64,000 nucleotides of DNA from contig NC_058368.1 in NCBI RefSeq assembly GCF_018350175.1, positions 9,734,001 through 9,798,000 of the forward strand, written 5' to 3'. How positions within the stretch are numbered: position 1 is the first letter of the stretch; each line of letters starts with the position of its first letter. Below are positions 62,190 to 64,000 of this stretch, in pieces. Source of the stretch: Felis catus. Its lineage: Eukaryota. The position numbers and the translations under genes are program-made. Under the pieces are notes generated by a model. The model was not told the DNA's origin. It did no database searches and saw only the letters and a program-made list of their open reading frames with translations.

Positions 62190-63690
62190 GGATTAAAAGG
62201 AGATATATAGACCAATGGAATAGAATAGAGAGCTCAGATATAAAACCTCAAATATACAGTCAAATGATTTTCGACAAGGGAGCCAAGATCATTCAATGGG
62301 GGAGAGGACAGCCTTTTCAACACACGCAAAAGAATGAAATTGGAAGTTTGCCTTACACCATATACAAAAATTAACTCAAAATGAATTAAAGACCTAAAAC
62401 TATAAAAACCCCAGAAGAAACACAGGGAGGAAATTTTGCAACACTGAATTTGGCAATTATTTCTTAGATATGCTACCATAAAAAAAAAAAAAAGCGCAGG
62501 CAAAAAAGCAAAATAGACAAATGAGACACCAAATGTATCAACTTCTGTGCATCAAAGGATATAATCAACAGGGTGGAAAAGCAATCCACAAAAGGGAGAA
62601 AACATTTGCAAATCATATCTGGTAAGGGGTTAATATCCAAAATATATAGAGAACTCCTATGACTCAAGAACAACAACAAAAATCAAATAACCTGACTTAA
62701 AAATGGGCAAGAAACTTAAATAGATAGTTCTCCAAAGATGATATATAAATGGCCAAAAGCATACGAAAAAGATACTCAAGGGGCACCTGGGTGGCTCAGT
62801 TGGTTAAGGGTCCATCTCTTGATTTCGGCTCAGGTCTTGATCTCACAGAGATTGACTCCCGCACCACCCAGCATGGAGCCTGCTTAAGATTCTCTCTCTT
62901 CCTCTTCCCCTGCCCCTCCCCACTCTCAAAAAAAAAAAAAAAGATACTCAACATCACTAGTCATCAAAGAAACACAAAGCAAAACCACAAGGAGACACCA
63001 CCTCACACCCGTTACCATGGCTACTATCAAAAACCAGAAAATAACAAGTGTCGACAAGGATGTGGAGAAACTGCAAACTTGTGCACTGCTGATAGCCACC
63101 GACAGTATAGTGGTTCCTTAAAAACTTAAAAAATAAAATTATAAAAGGATCCAGCAATTCCACTCTGGATATATATCCAAAAGAAACGAAAGCATTATCT
63201 CAAAGAGAGATTTTTATGTTCGTGTTCATAACAGAATCACTTACAATAGCCAAAAGATGGAAACAACCCAAATGTCCACAAACAAAATGTGGTACGTCCA
63301 TACAACAGAATATTAGTCAGCCTTAAAGAGGAAGGAAATTCTGACACGTGCTACAACACGGAGGAACCTTGGTGACATTACGATCGGTGAAATCAGCCAG
63401 TCAAAATTACAAACAGATAAATAGGCCGTTACCAAAAGGCAAATACTGGAAGATTCCACATATATGAGTTCTCTAAAGTAGTCAAACTGAGAAACAAAGT
63501 AGAATGGTGGTCACCAGGGGCTGGGGCTAGGGGGAAATGGCTGCTGTTGCATACACAGAGTTTATGGCGTTTCAGTTTTGCAGGACGAGAAAGTTCTCGA
63601 GATCCGCCACAGTGTGGCTTAAACTGTACATTTAAAAATGGTGAAGATGATAAATTTTGTGCGTATTTTACCACAATTTAAAACAAAAGG
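62190..63690 (+). mobile_element. Old L1 (L1MA/MB-like) ORF2 3' part and 3'UTR, interrupted by a SINE (62780-62940)
   Basis: atagaccaatggaatagaatagagag...aacttctgtgcatcaaagga...tattttaccacaattt; SINE TSD aaaaagatactcaa. Confidence 0.9.
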
Positions 63691-63768
63691 TAAAAGGGGA
63701 GAGAAGAACTATATACTTCTTCCAGGGATCTAGGGTTTTGCCTACGTTCTGAAAGAATCTTAAACAGT

Positions 63769-63982
63769 GGGGCGCTTGGGTGGCTCAGTCAGCTAAGCAC
63801 CTGACTCCTGATTTGGGCTCAGGTCATGATCTCGCAGCTGGGGAGTTCGAGTCCCGCACAGGGCTCCACAATGGCAGTGTGGAGCCTGCTTGGGACTTTC
63901 TCTCTCTCCCTCTGTCCCTCCCTGATTGTTCTCTCTCTCTAAAATAAAGAAACATAAAAATAATTTTAAAATAAATAAATAA
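63769..63982 (+). mobile_element. CanSINE
   Basis: TSD aaagaatcttaaacagtg. Confidence 0.93.
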
Positions 63983-64000
63983 AAGAATCTTAAACAGTGA

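Noticed and set aside
1024..63982. Recurrent short ORFs such as MAQSVKRPTSAQVMI... and tRNA-like A/B boxes
   Set aside because: Translations and internal promoters of tRNA-derived CanSINEs, not genes or tRNAs.

Overview
Mammalian (cat-family) genomic DNA: the many tRNA-derived CanSINEs are of the feline SINEC_Fc type and the L1 3' ends are carnivore-type. The window contains one protein-coding gene, the intact intron-containing HMGB1 gene on the minus strand. It has a non-coding exon 1 ending at 10758 and coding exons at 8362-8511, 7992-8137, 7329-7503 and 6116-6292 (150+146+175+177 = 648 nt = 215 aa plus stop, all GT-AG introns). There is a CpG island over the promoter and intron 1 and a long 3'UTR with several poly(A) signals. 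The rest (about 12-64 kb) is repeat-rich upstream sequence: about 35 SINEs, L1/L2/MIR relics, a MLT1 LTR and a MER5A. I found no clearly new gene system. The best leads are regulatory: a 45-codon uORF in exon 1 that depends on TSS choice, a pure A/T near-palindrome inside the CpG island, a latent Arg/Lys-rich alternative tail in exon 5, and alternative polyadenylation that partitions miRNA sites. Several atypical retrotransposon structures are also noted. Repeat boundaries and subfamily names were read by eye and are approximate.
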